Shown piece by piece: positions 38,772 through 51,569 of a stretch of 64,000 nucleotides of DNA. Location: contig NC_043004.1 of assembly GCF_006345805.1 (NCBI RefSeq), positions 57,412,001-57,476,000 of the forward strand, read 5' to 3'. Positions within the stretch are counted from its first letter, which is position 1, and the number at the start of each line of letters is the position of its first letter. The DNA comes from Octopus sinensis (Eukaryota). Under the pieces are notes generated by a model. The model made no database searches. It was not told where the DNA came from and saw nothing but the letters and a program-made list of their open reading frames with translations. The position numbers and the translations under genes were made by a program.

Positions 38772-40148
38772 CATACATACACACATACACATATAAACTT
38801 GTAACTCTTGACTGTTTTGAGAAGTGTCTCCTTTGACTAGCCGAGACCCGTAATGTCTAACCACGTTCATCTTACACGACAGCAAAACATAAAGTATCGT
38901 TACTGTGTATCAATGAATTCGTTCATGTACTTGTTATACGATCACCTGTTCGAAATCTACCTACCTTTGTACCTACATATTCCCCTTCGCACTTACACAT
39001 ACACACAATTGCCCGCAGGCGCATACGCACATATTTATTATGAATGCACGTTTGTTGTATAAATGCATTTATATTACACTTTGTACTGTTCGTACAGGCA
39101 TGACTACGCTGGATTTTGCAGTCAATGCATATAATATTGTTGTTAGGTGGGTGCATTAAAGAAGAAATTAGTTTATAAGACATTTATTTCTTCAGTACCT
39201 ATGACCATAAATCGAGTTATTATGCACGTGTTCCAGTAATGTACTTTTTAATGATGTTTGCAATAAGAAGACATGATGGCGGTATTGACTTAAAACAAAT
39301 ACTATTTCGCCCTAAACTTTCTAACTTGCCAAACCCTAAACTCCATCACGTGAATTAAAGTATGTTCGCTCTCTTTACAAACCTTGCTCGTTGAGGTTCT
39401 TCGTCCTTTTTTCTTTCTTTTGCAATAATGTAATGTAATTCTTGGATATATTGCATAGCTCTTAGTGCAGTTTTGCATTGTGAATTTAGAGATGAATCAT
39501 ATTAAATCATCAGCCTGAATACTTCAAGATTTATTGTTCCCTGTAGCATAGTTTTGTGTCACGAACCGGATCCTTGTCCGATAAAAGCCTACCGGTAGAA
39601 GTCTGAGGTTAATGTAATCGGATGGTGTTTGTCCTTTACATAACAAACCAAACAAAAAAAATTTGACCGCGTGTCAATCAAATTAAAGCATTATTATAAA
39701 TAGCCCTCTATAATACCAGACTAATTAACTAAGATATTATTAAATTCAAGGTGTGGTAGCTAGGTGCATTGCACAGTAGATAGCCCGTTGCTACACACTC
39801 TAGATTGATCGAAAGACAAATATTTGCTGGCTTGCAGGGAAATGGCCGTCTCTATTAATCCACACGAAGTGAATTAGATGTAAATTTAGAAATTTTATTT
39901 CCAGCAAGTTACATATGATATGGTGGCTTAAGTATTACTCGTGGTAGTAATATTAATAGCATTCATTCAATCAATTAGCAAGTGTGTTTGTAACAACGTA
40001 TGCTTCTAGCTCCATTTATGCAAAAATTCAAATCGCCATCATCAACATAACACAAATAGTAATAATCTGCCGTGCAAACATTCAACTCGGTTATATCTCC
40101 ATTTCTACAAATAAATAATCAATCATTATCATCTCTTTCATCATAATA

Positions 40149-40179
40149 ATCATCATCATCATCATCCTCATCATCATCA

Positions 40180-40215
<36 letters not shown>

Positions 40216-40230
40216 TCATCATCGTTATCC
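40149..40230. repeat. (CAT)n-(CGT)n-(CAT)n compound trinucleotide repeat
   Basis: Direct. Confidence 0.95.
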
Positions 40231-40356
40231 TCATGTTTATTAAACCAGTTTATTTCCATTCTAATCTGTTTCTCACTCCCACATCATTATTTCTCCCTCA
40301 CTACAATATGTATGTATATGTGTCTATATATATATGTATGTATATACATACATTTA

Positions 40357-40394
<38 letters not shown>

Positions 40395-40689
40395 CATACA
40401 TGCACAAACACGCACGCCTGTAAATAGCATGAGCTACGGGTACATGTGTGTGTGTTTGCGTATGTGTATGTTTGCATATGTGTGTATGTTTTCGTATGTG
40501 TGAGTGTTTGCGTATGTGTTTGTGCATATACACATTTTTATGTATCTATATATGTATATTTATCTTCATCATTACCACCATTTTGGATATCTATCTATCT
40601 CTTTATCTAGCTATCTATCTCTCTCTCTCTCTCTCTCTACATATATATATATATATATATAATATATACATATACATGCACACAGATAC

Positions 40690-40720
<31 letters not shown>

Positions 40721-40829
40721 TGTACCACCTACATCTAATCACTATCTAAACTTTTTGTTGTTTTAAAAATTATGTTTAAAATTCAGGAAATTAAATTCTA
40801 TGTTGTCGTAGACGAGATTGATTACCGTG

Positions 40830-40836
40830 TAGAATC

Positions 40837-40912
<76 letters not shown>
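40830..40912. repeat. (CT)n microsatellite
   Basis: Direct. Confidence 0.95.
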
Positions 40913-40918
<6 letters not shown>

Positions 40919-40919
40919 C

Positions 40920-40950
<31 letters not shown>

Positions 40951-41167
40951 GTACATATATGCATATATTTATACACACACACACACACACACACACATAC
41001 CTTCCTGCTTCCATATTTCCTGAGCGCCTATTAATAATAATACTGTAATTGTTCCATTGTTGTTGTTTTTTTGTTTTCCCGTTTGGATTAAAATTATATA
41101 TATATACACATATATATATGCTGATATAGTGGAATTCTGCTCGTGTCAATTCGTTTTTGTGTGGGCG

Positions 41168-41225
<58 letters not shown>

Positions 41226-41769
41226 GTATATATATTTATATGATGCATATAATTTATATACTATATATACGCATATACGGATGTGTATGTATGCATCTGA
41301 ATATATGTGTGACTATGTTAATGCGTATGTGCACTTAAGTGTGTATTCGAGGTTATGAATGAGTTCCTTGATGGTCGTTTGTCACCTTACATTTGGCTGC
41401 CTATCCTCACTCAAATTACTACCTGCTTAATAAAAAATTAAGTCAGGTAATGTTGGCCTGATGTACGATTCTTGGGAAAAAACCATAATGATAATCATAT
41501 CCCCCAGCTGGTTCCGTTTTACCTTCGATTATACAGCAAGCATATATGATTGCAATTAGTACGTGTGTTTACACATAGAAACACTTTCTTTATATACATA
41601 TACATTTGTATATAATTTATATTGAAATCGACACATAAGCTTTCCAAGAAATATATTTATTTCACATTCAAAATATATTATGGATTTTTGTTGACGTATT
41701 AAATGATATTCGTCTAATGTTATTTTCTAAAATTTAATCTTTTCATTGAAGGGTGAGAAACAAGTTTCG

Positions 41770-41925
41770 GCATGTTGTCTATCTTGACGATCTGAGTTCA
41801 AATTCCGCCGAAGTCGACCTCATCTTTCATCCTTTTTATTGGTCGATAAATTTAGTAGAAGTGAAGTTCCATGGGTCGATGTAATCGGTTAATCCTTGTG
41901 CTTATATTAGAAAAGATTCTTACCA
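41770..41925 (+). mobile_element. SINE family B, head-less
   Basis: ctgagttcaaattccgccgaagtcgacc...ggtcgataaatttagta...gggtcgatgtaatcg. Confidence 0.85.
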
Positions 41926-41959
41926 TAATTCTTCTTATTAATATAGGTGTTGTTCCCTT

Positions 41960-43110
41960 AGGGAATACGAAGAGGTTACAGGAGCAATGATCATAATTTA
42001 GAAGTCAGTAGACATGCAGCTCGGCACCTGGAGAGGAGGGCCCATAACAACTGACAGCGTGGCGGGGCGCTGGACGGAAGGATCTGTTAAGTTACTCGGT
42101 GTCTGGTTCGGTCCAGATCTCCAAGTGGACAAGAACTGAGGGAGGTGACAGACAGGGTGGCCAGTCTCACCTAGAAACGGGCCGACAGGAATCGACCCCT
42201 GAAATGTCGGGTGAAGGTGGCTAATGCGTATATCGCATCCGTCATACTGCCTGACTGTCGTTCTTTGCCCTTCTTCGTGGCTGAACAGCTGATGCGTTTG
42301 CTCTTCTAATTTTTGTGGAGGGGACAGGTACCGCTTGTCAGATACTATTTGCTAGCAGTATCCGTTGCGTGGAGGACTGAGCATGCCGTGGCTGAGCATG
42401 TGCAGAAATGCGCTGAGGCTGCGAAATCTCCAACGATAACTTAACGGTGAGCATATGTGGTTACCGTTTGTTGAACGCGCTTTTCCGCAGCTAGCCTCCT
42501 TGATGGAGCTACAGTCCTAGACCAAGTGTAGACCGAGGCAGGGCGCTTGTCACCTAGATTGTCTCCAAGCGCTTGTCACCCATAGTGTCTTAGGGAACTA
42601 TGGATAACTTTCAGAAATCCCAGGCCTGGCAGTGGTACATGCTCTCTCGTACAGTGTCTACGCATTGCCGACTTGTAGAGCTTTGTTGATCAGTTATTGT
42701 CACGTGTAGGACGGATGCTGCTATCGTGCAAGACCATTGTGATGATCGCCCCGTCTCCTTCTTTTGGCCGGAAAGCGAGGTTATTTTTTCTCTGTTTGGT
42801 GGCTATGGCAAAAGAGGTTGTGTGGTGGACGAGACTGAAAGGGTTGAAGGCGAGTACCTTCCTATTTGGCCAAGGCCTCACTGACTTTCTCAGGTTCCAT
42901 CTAGAAAGGAAATTAAGGCTGGGAAGGGAGGTACAGTTACCCAAGAAGTTCGTTGAGGGATAGATGAATGTAGCAAGAATGGCTCGTTTGAATGGGCCTA
43001 AACTAAGTGTGCACTTGTAGGCCGGATGGGAGGAACAGGAGAGGGTGCCTTCCTAAGGAGGCGTTAGTGTTAAGGGGTCTAAAGTGCGCGAGGTCTCTTC
43101 TCTCTGAGAA
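41960..43110 (+). mobile_element. Tx1-like (L1 superfamily) LINE, 5'-truncated and decayed
   Basis: GC-richer island; KSVDMQLGTWRG...RWTEGSVKLLGVWFGPDLQVDKN(W) and following residues resemble the post-RT region of Tx1 ORF2; many stops. Confidence 0.75.
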
Positions 43111-43679
43111 AACTAATTCAACATTACGGTACATTTTCTAACTCATTTATAACTCATAATTTAAAGGAAGTTCATAACAAATAGAAAGATATTGTAAATT
43201 ATTTCTACACTTGATAATGCTGTCTAGATTCAACGCAATTTGCACACTCAGTAAGTAATAGCAAAACGTAAAACGAGGTTATTTGTCAAGGATTTTTTTA
43301 TAAGCTTGTGCATTAAAGGAGACTAGAATATGCCTGTAGAAAAATTTATTTAGTAGTGAAATTATTTTATTATATATATTTATGTAGTCAAATATTTCGA
43401 CACTTTTGTCTTATTTTTCATCATTTCTCATATGATTGATTACAAATCTCGCCTTTGACGTCAAGTGAATTTTATTTGTTTATTTATTTATTTTTGACAC
43501 AATCGTAAACAATTCCTAATTGGAACTGTTTACTCACTGTTTTGGCATCACAAAAATAATTTCCTAAAAATTCCATTTCAAAATTGATTTTTTTATTTCT
43601 TTCGATAATATCTGTACTCCTTAGCACAACTTTTATATATTTATTAACATACATAATATATTTATTTACATACATACGT

Positions 43680-43696
43680 GTGCGTGTTTGTGTGTT

Positions 43697-43757
<61 letters not shown>

Positions 43758-43829
43758 ATAGATATAGATATATATAACATATATGTGTGTGTCTATACAC
43801 GTGTATGTACATATGAGTGTGTGTACGTG

Positions 43830-43896
<67 letters not shown>

Positions 43897-43910
43897 ATAT
43901 ATATATTATA
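43680..43910. repeat. (TG)n and (TA)n microsatellites
   Basis: Direct. Confidence 0.92.
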
Positions 43911-44414
43911 TTCATAGCGCTTTTGAAATTTTAATCATGCCGCTGATGTCGATTCGGTTCATCATAACTCTTAATCAATCCCGTTTGTTGAAATTTTACC
44001 TCTACCTAATAATATCTATCATTGCAGTTACGAATATTTGTATGTCCTCTGTTAGAATCTTTCACTGATTTAATTTTACATCATATATTTTGTTTGTATA
44101 TATATAAGTGAAAATTTGTTAGTTCCAATGTATTTTGAAGACAGCCATACGTAAATTAAGAATCTAATTACATTTTTTTCCCGTTTAATTTGTAAAAAGT
44201 AATGTTCTGCGGTAAAATATCACATATCACACCGCTCCTGTCGCCATTATAACCACCACCGATACTATTTTATCCTCCTCCCATACTTATCTCAACCATC
44301 GTCATCAACACTGTCTCTAAACAGCAACGCCACCATAAGTTACGTGGAAATGATGTGTTTTCAAGGGAGATAATCAAAGAACGTAACATTGTAATACTTT
44401 ATGTAAAGTAAATA

Positions 44415-44618
44415 TAACAAATGAAAAATCCTTCAAGAATCCATAAAATTCCCGGATCACTATCCAAATTTCATCATCTATTCCTTGTGTCATTACCAAC
44501 TCTTCCTGCAAGTTTCATTAAATACCGTTTACAACGTTTTGAGTTATTTTACACACAGACGGACAGATGGACAAACCAACGCCAATGAAAACATAACCTC
44601 CTTCTTTGGCGGAGGTAA
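44415..44618 (+). mobile_element. Probable Helentron-associated non-autonomous element (HINE/DINE-like), 3' part
   Basis: Ends acagacggacag...gaaaacataACCTCCttctttggcGGAGGTaa with a terminal hairpin (44596-44616), as in Helentron-type non-autonomous elements. Confidence 0.6.
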
Positions 44619-44905
44619 ATATCAAATTAAGTCACAATCACACAAATACGTATGTATTATTGCGGAAATTTAACATGCCTGATGAATGTAAAGTCATGTA
44701 TTTTTATATTCGAGATAAAACTACACGAGTGAAGGATTTTTTATATTTTTCTCAATAAGATTCTAGTGTGTGTATACGATTTGAACTCGACTCCTTCCAT
44801 ATTTCTCTCTTCTTCTTTTAATTTCTCATCTTCACTTTATCTTTATGCCTACCACTATCCTGCTTTCTCTCTTTCACTCTTTCGATGCCTCTGTCTGTCT
44901 CTCTG

Positions 44906-44941
<36 letters not shown>

Positions 44942-45780
44942 CTCTCTGTCTTTTTCCATCCGTCTCCTTCTCCCCCCTCTCTCTCTCTCCCTTTCTCTCT
45001 GTTTCTTTGATATCGATATCAACCATGAATGCTATCATATCATTAGTATTGCGAAGCGATAATTTCTGCAAATATTATTTTTTGTGGTGAGGGATTCGGA
45101 TCTCAAAGTATATAATTAACAATTATTGGGAAACACGGGCTGTTATGTTGGTTTTAAAGAAAGACAGTAAAACACAGAATGAGTCATTAAAAGAAAGGAA
45201 AGTAGTACAAAATAATTGACTGAAGTTAAAAGATAAATACAGAAAGAAATATTAGGAGGGAAAATAAGTAAAAACAAAGCGCAGAATGAAAAGGAACAAT
45301 GAACTGGCTACAAAAACTGACGAACAAGAAAACATAGTAATACCTTATTAAATAGTAGGCTTTCTTTTAATAAGCTTCCTTCTTCGGAGTAATGATCTTC
45401 ATTGTTTGTGCTTTTATGACGTTTATTGTTACCTGAATTGTTTGTATATTTCTATTAAGGAATCTTCTTAAATAGGCTTTGATTTTCCTCCGTGAAACAC
45501 CATTATTTTAACTAAACTTTGATCGAGTTGCTTCTCATCTGTGATTAAACATCCAATGAAAATCCATCAATATTTTCGTACGAATCGAAGTTATACGGCA
45601 ATAAAATATCTGAAATCTGCTACTTGAACTACTCGTATTTACGATTTACATTTAAAGGTTTTATCAGTCAGCACATAGTGACAGCATTGAGGTTTGTAAA
45701 CTTGTTTTGCTACTGTTACACCTGATTAGTACTTAGGACCAAAACTATTCCACAAAGACATTAACTTTGCCCACTGTGTC

Positions 45781-45885
45781 TTAACCCATAGTTTTTAAAC
45801 CTACCATATCCGACATAATTATTCTGTTATACATTCAGACTCGCCAGATTTGGCCTCTCGCACCTAACCTACAATGTCATTCTAC
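45781..45885 (+). mobile_element. Possible piggyBac-type MITE terminus
   Basis: Starts TTAA|CCC; only one end seen. Confidence 0.35.
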
Positions 45886-46173
45886 GCAGAGTAACCTCAT
45901 CATCAAGATTGCAAAGTAGTAAGACAATGCATGATTCGTTCGAGGAAATGTAAATAAAAAAGAATTGTTTGACGGAGTAATGTGAAGGCTGATATTAATG
46001 TTGGTTTTAATTTTATTAGAACATTCAGTTCAATAAAGAATGTAAAATAATTAAACATGGTTTGGTATAATGTCCTATTCCTACTTTTTATGGTATACAG
46101 GTGCAAAAATATCTTTAGCGAAGGTAAAATTTAAGAAGTGGTAAATGAAGTATATCAGATTATCTGAAACCCT

Positions 46174-46287
46174 TCATTTTGAGTCACACCAATTGAATTT
46201 TCTTTGCTCTTTATTTAGTGATGTATCAAGTCTAATGCTAACATTCAGTATGAGTATCACGAGCAGTATTAACACACGCCATCGCAT
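46174..46287 (-). CDS. Candidate first coding exon or short ORF with signal-peptide-like N-terminus (MRWRVLILLVILILNVSIRLDTS...)
   Basis: Acceptor ccactgttttgtag 8 nt before the ATG; basic n-region and long hydrophobic h-region; only a weak donor (TG|gtgtga, 46189). Confidence 0.3.
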   Translation of the reverse strand: MRWRVLILLVILILNVSIRLDTSLNKEQRKFNWCDSK

Positions 46288-46825
46288 GTCACCAGCTACA
46301 AAACAGTGGAATCTAGTTTCAGAAATGTTATTAATACATATATTTAGATTTAGGAAAAGATTACATAAAATGTGTTCAGAAAGCTCCATTCCTAAATAAG
46401 GTACAAGATTTTGCTGGTCAAAACAATAAAAGTAATTTTTGTCTCATGTTTATATGAGTGACTTTTACAGGTTGAGGTATTATCTTTTCTGTTTGAATTT
46501 GACCTCGGAGCATGAATTAAATAATCCAAAATCATTGTACTAATTACTCTTATCTGAGAAGTTTATTGCCATAGTCACAACAAATACTAACAAGTCTACG
46601 AATGCGTTACTCCATTACTGGGGAAATAATTAAAAATCTGGCAGTCAAAGAGAAGAAACTCTGTATCATTGGTCTAAAAAATTGCAATGCTCATTTGAGA
46701 CTGAGTACAAGCTCTGCCTGAATACTGCGACGATTGACTTTTGATTCCGTTACATAAGCACCAGGCAGAAGGTCTGGCTGGCACAAAATAATTCTATGCG
46801 TAGATGAGTGCCTTTATTCTCTCTC

Positions 46826-47203
46826 TCTCTTTTACTTGTTTCAGTCATTTGACTGAGGCCATGTTGGAGCACCGCCTTTAGTCGAGCAAATCGACCCCTG
46901 GACTTATTCTTTGTAAGCCCAGTACTTATTCTATCAATCTCTTTTGCCGAACCGCTAAGTGACAGGGACGTAAACACACCAGCATCGGTTGTCAAGCAAT
47001 GCTAGGGGGACAAACACACACACACATACACACATATATATATACATATATACGACAGGCTTCTTTCAGTTTCCGTCTACCAAATCCACTCACAAGGCAT
47101 TGGTTGGCCCGGGGCTATAGCAGAAGACACTTGCCCAAGATGCCACGCAGTGGGACTGAACCCGGAACCATGTGGTTGGTTAGCAAGCTACTTACCACAC
47201 AAC
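46826..47203 (-). mobile_element. SINE family A, full length
   Basis: cttttacttgtttcagtc ... gctacttaccacaca. Confidence 0.95.
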
Positions 47204-47824
47204 ATTTGATTTACACAATACCAGCCCACTGCTTCACTTATTGCTCATTCCATCAAACCGAGGAAAGCGCATTTACGTGTTTGCGCCTCTTGCTAGAAAT
47301 AGCAACGAAATAACCTTTGCTATTTCTACCTCTTCTAAAAAAGGACACGTACATTGGATATTGTAATCATTGATTTCATATAATATAAATCGACATGGCC
47401 ACGGAATTGTAAATTGCCTTTCATCTTTGGCTTTTCCAATTTAAAAACTTACGAAGGTTTCAAGAAGACCATCAATATTTTGCAGAGAATCTCGAATCTG
47501 GTTCTGTATAAAATAGCTTCTGACGTCTTTCAAGTAATGCATTGTATTATAAATAAGTGCTTCACTCTTACCTTATTTCCTACACTACACAAAAAAGCCT
47601 TCATTCACAGAACCCTTTTTAGTGGAATTATTCCTACTCACTTTGAGCTCTGCCAGTATCTTTAGCTACATCAAAACTACATTTTATTGATTGGCGAGGA
47701 ATCATCTGTCATGGATTATTGGTAATCCTATTTCTCTTCAGATACAGCGATAGAAAAGCACAGGCACTCAAACTATATACATTCATATATAGGCATTTAT
47801 ACATATGCAAACACACTCACGTGC

Positions 47825-47870
<46 letters not shown>

Positions 47871-48007
47871 TATATATGAATGTGTGTGTAAGTCCATACA
47901 CACGATTGTATATTCATATACATATATACACATGCATACACAGACATACATACTTATATATATTTATATACATAAACATATATATCATATATACATATAT
48001 ACGCATG

Positions 48008-48055
<48 letters not shown>

Positions 48056-48056
48056 G

Positions 48057-48132
<76 letters not shown>

Positions 48133-48752
48133 AAATATTTGATATTAAACAGCATATAGCCTATTTAACAGTTGCCCTTATGTAACGCAATAAACTTTTG
48201 GAAAACATATTGAGCTGAACGGAATCCAGCTGAATAATCTACCAGCTATGTATCGATAAATTATATTACGAACTAATATTTATTATTGTGTGTGATTCAC
48301 AAGATGTTAAAGTTCGAATCCAGTGAATACCCAATCTCAAAGTAAATGATTGTATTTCTCATCGGATCACCATTTCCAACCTAATATTCGACAGTTTAAT
48401 TCCAGAGATACAGTTGTTTGGGCTATAGCGTGAAAACAGAACTGTCATCTTTCAAATGAAATCGCATTCTAAAGAGCTTACATTGGCGACATGTCATTTG
48501 GAATAATGGTTGCTACTTAAAGATCAAGGCTTCAAACTGACATAATGGAGTTATATGGGATGACGTTCGTGGCGACATCCAACTGTTCATGATGATCGGC
48601 AATCAGGTTTTCAAAGCTGATTGTTCTTCATAATTTATATAATGAAAGATAAAAAAAAAAACAGATTATAAATATTTCTGTTGTACGTGTAGGCGGGTAA
48701 ATGTGCGTGTTTGTATATGTGTTTGAAATTACATGTGTAGGTATATCTTTAA

Positions 48753-48930
48753 TCTGTTGTTTCAGTCATTAGACAGCAGCCATGCTGGGGCACCACCTTG
48801 AGGTATTTTAGTCAGGCTTACCAACCTCAGTTCTTACAACTATTTTTAAAGCCACGTTTCATATCGGATCCTTTTTTTTTACTCGGTTGAAAACACCGGC
48901 TGCGATACGGTAGCGGGGGATAGACACAAA
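48753..48930 (-). mobile_element. SINE family A-related 3' fragment, old
   Basis: gtttcagtcattagac.gc.gccatgctggggcaccacctt. Confidence 0.65.
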
Positions 48931-49100
48931 TACAGGCACACACACACGCTCATACACACATACATACATAACACACACACACACACGCATGTGTGTATAT
49001 ATGATGGTCCTCTTTCATTTTTGTCTGAAAATCAGGTGGTTAGAAAAAAAACTTCTTATACACACATGTATATTTTAAAACCTCATATGTATATTATAGA

Positions 49101-49179
<79 letters not shown>

Positions 49180-49189
49180 ACTATATGCT

Positions 49190-49520
49190 GAGATCCCCTT
49201 TGGTCATGACAGACCATAGGAGTGCACCTAGAAAGTTACCCTCCAAGGGAACAAGTCGAGGCTAGGTTGCTTATGGAAGACCAGCAGTCGTCCATTCATA
49301 CCGGCCTCCCCGCTCCACGCCACCAGTGTTGTCCAAGGGAAAGGCAAAGGGGCCGGTACAGCTTGGCCCCTGTGACATCGTAACTCATTTCTACGGCTGA
49401 GTGAACTAGAACAACATTAAATAAAGTGTCTTCTTCAAAAACACAACTCGCAGCCCGGTCCGGAATTCGAACTCACAACCATAAGCTAGACGCTCTAACC
49501 ACTGAGCCATGCGCCTTCAC
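49190..49520 (-). mobile_element. tRNA-derived SINE family E, near full length
   Basis: Reverse complement starts gtgaaggcgcaTGGCTCAGTGGttagagcg...gaGTTCGAATTCCgg (A and B boxes). Confidence 0.92.
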
Positions 49521-49533
49521 TATATATACACAT

Positions 49534-49933
49534 GAGTGGCTGTGTGGTAAATAGCTTGTCTACCAACCACATGGTTCCGGGTTCAGTCCCACTGCATGGC
49601 ACCTTGGGCAAGTGTCTTCTACTATAGCCTCGGACCGACCAGAGCTTTGTGAGCGGATTTGGTAGACGGAAACTGAAAGAAGTCCGTCGTATATATGTAT
49701 ATATACGTGTATGTGTGTGTGTTTCTGTGTCTGTGTTTGTCCCCCTAGCATTGCTTGACAACCGATGCTGGTGTGTTTATTTTCCCGTTACTTAGCGGTT
49801 CGGCAAAACAGACCGATAGAATAAGTACTGGGCTTACAAAGAATAAGTGCCGTGGTCGAGTTGCTCGATTAAAGGCAGTGCTCCAGCATGGCCGCAGTCA
49901 AATGACTGAAACAAGTAAAAGAGTAAAAGAGTA
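49534..49933 (+). mobile_element. SINE family A, full length
   Basis: gagtggctgtgtggtaa ... (gtaaaaga)n tail. Confidence 0.95.
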
Positions 49934-50008
49934 AATATACATATATACAATATATATATATATATATATATGTATATATGTGTGTATGTATGTTGGCAAG
50001 TATGTGTG

Positions 50009-50215
50009 AAGGCGGCGAGGTGGCAGAGACGTTAGCACGACAGCCAAAATGCTTGGTAGCATATCGTCCGTCTTTGTTCTGAGTTCAAATTACTACACGG
50101 TCGACTCTATCTCATGCCTTCCGAGTGGATCAACCAGACACAGGTCGAGTAGTGGCGTCGGTTAAATCGAGTTACTCCCTTCCACCAAATTGCTGGACTT
50201 GCAGAAATTGTAACC
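50009..50215 (+). mobile_element. SINE family B, decayed
   Basis: aaggcggcgaggtggcagagacgttagcacg...ctgagttcaaatt. Confidence 0.8.
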
Positions 50216-50268
50216 GATATATACATGTGTGTATATATGTGTGTTCGCGTGCGCGTCTCTATGCATAC

Positions 50269-50338
<70 letters not shown>

Positions 50339-50356
50339 TTATACATACATTATATA

Positions 50357-50566
50357 AACAGTTAATCCAAACATGAAAACACAAAGAGAAAATGCAGCAA
50401 CGTGAGGACGTGAAACAAGTATAGTGTTATTGGACGCTCAGGAAAGGAAAGAATGAAGGAGTATTTAACATTTCGAGCGAAGCTCTTTGTCAGAAACATA
50501 GAAAAAGGAAAGGTCCAAGGAAGGGAAGACGAAAGAAGAAAATCATCAACGATACACACGTGATCA
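50357..50566 (-). mobile_element. Repeat H with degenerate hammerhead (CTGACAA...GAAATGTT, 50464-50497)
   Basis: Co-linear with 29462-29668. Confidence 0.82.
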
Positions 50567-51524
50567 CTTATTGAATAAATAAATAAATATATATATATAC
50601 TTACATGCATATATACGTACACACATATACATATCTATACACACACATAAGTGTGTGTGTGTGTTTTTTATTGTCCTTCATCATGCCTGACATCCAGTGC
50701 TGGTTTGTTTATGTCTCCATACTATGACAATTCAGCAACGACAGTAAGATTTAAGAAAAAAAACAGAAAATAAGTACTGAGGTGGATTTGTTTTACCTAA
50801 ATCATTCAAAGTGGTGCGACCGCATACCTACAATTTTATGACCAAAAGCAGCAAGACATAAAAAATATACATATATATATATATATATGTATGAGCGTAA
50901 AGGTCTATAATCGCATTGTTACCTCATACTCCGTGGCACTCTTTACGCGAAACCGATAGGTAGGATCAGTCGTGATGTATGTATAATACTATACATTTCG
51001 GATGTATATATAACAATACGTTTACATATATATATATATATATATATATGTAAACGCATATACATAATTGTATATTTATGTATACTGTACATGTGTATGT
51101 TTGTGTCAACATATATCTTTGAATATTAATGTATATAAAATTAATAATGAATGTACAAGTCGGGTATTTTATGTTTATTAGAGATTAAGTACTATTTATC
51201 TTAATTTGAATATTTGTTATCCATTTTCTCTTTCACCCATTAAAACTAATATTACGGTAATCTCTATAAGGTATGTGATGCGTGTCTTACTCTATGTACA
51301 TGATGATATATGTGTGTGTACATGCATACGGATATGAATACTATGCATATGTATGTAGATAAATAATACGCATACTTATAATATACATACAAGTTTATAT
51401 AAATAACATATATATGTTATATGCATATAAATAATATGGTTTTCGTATATATATATATATATATATTACTATGTACATATGCATACAATTATTCATGTTA
51501 GGGAGTTTGCATAAGTGTGTGTGT

Positions 51525-51569
<45 letters not shown>

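Noticed and set aside
40149-40230. Coding poly-His/Ser/Asp repeat exon
   Set aside because: No flanking open frame with splice sites; it behaves as a compound microsatellite.
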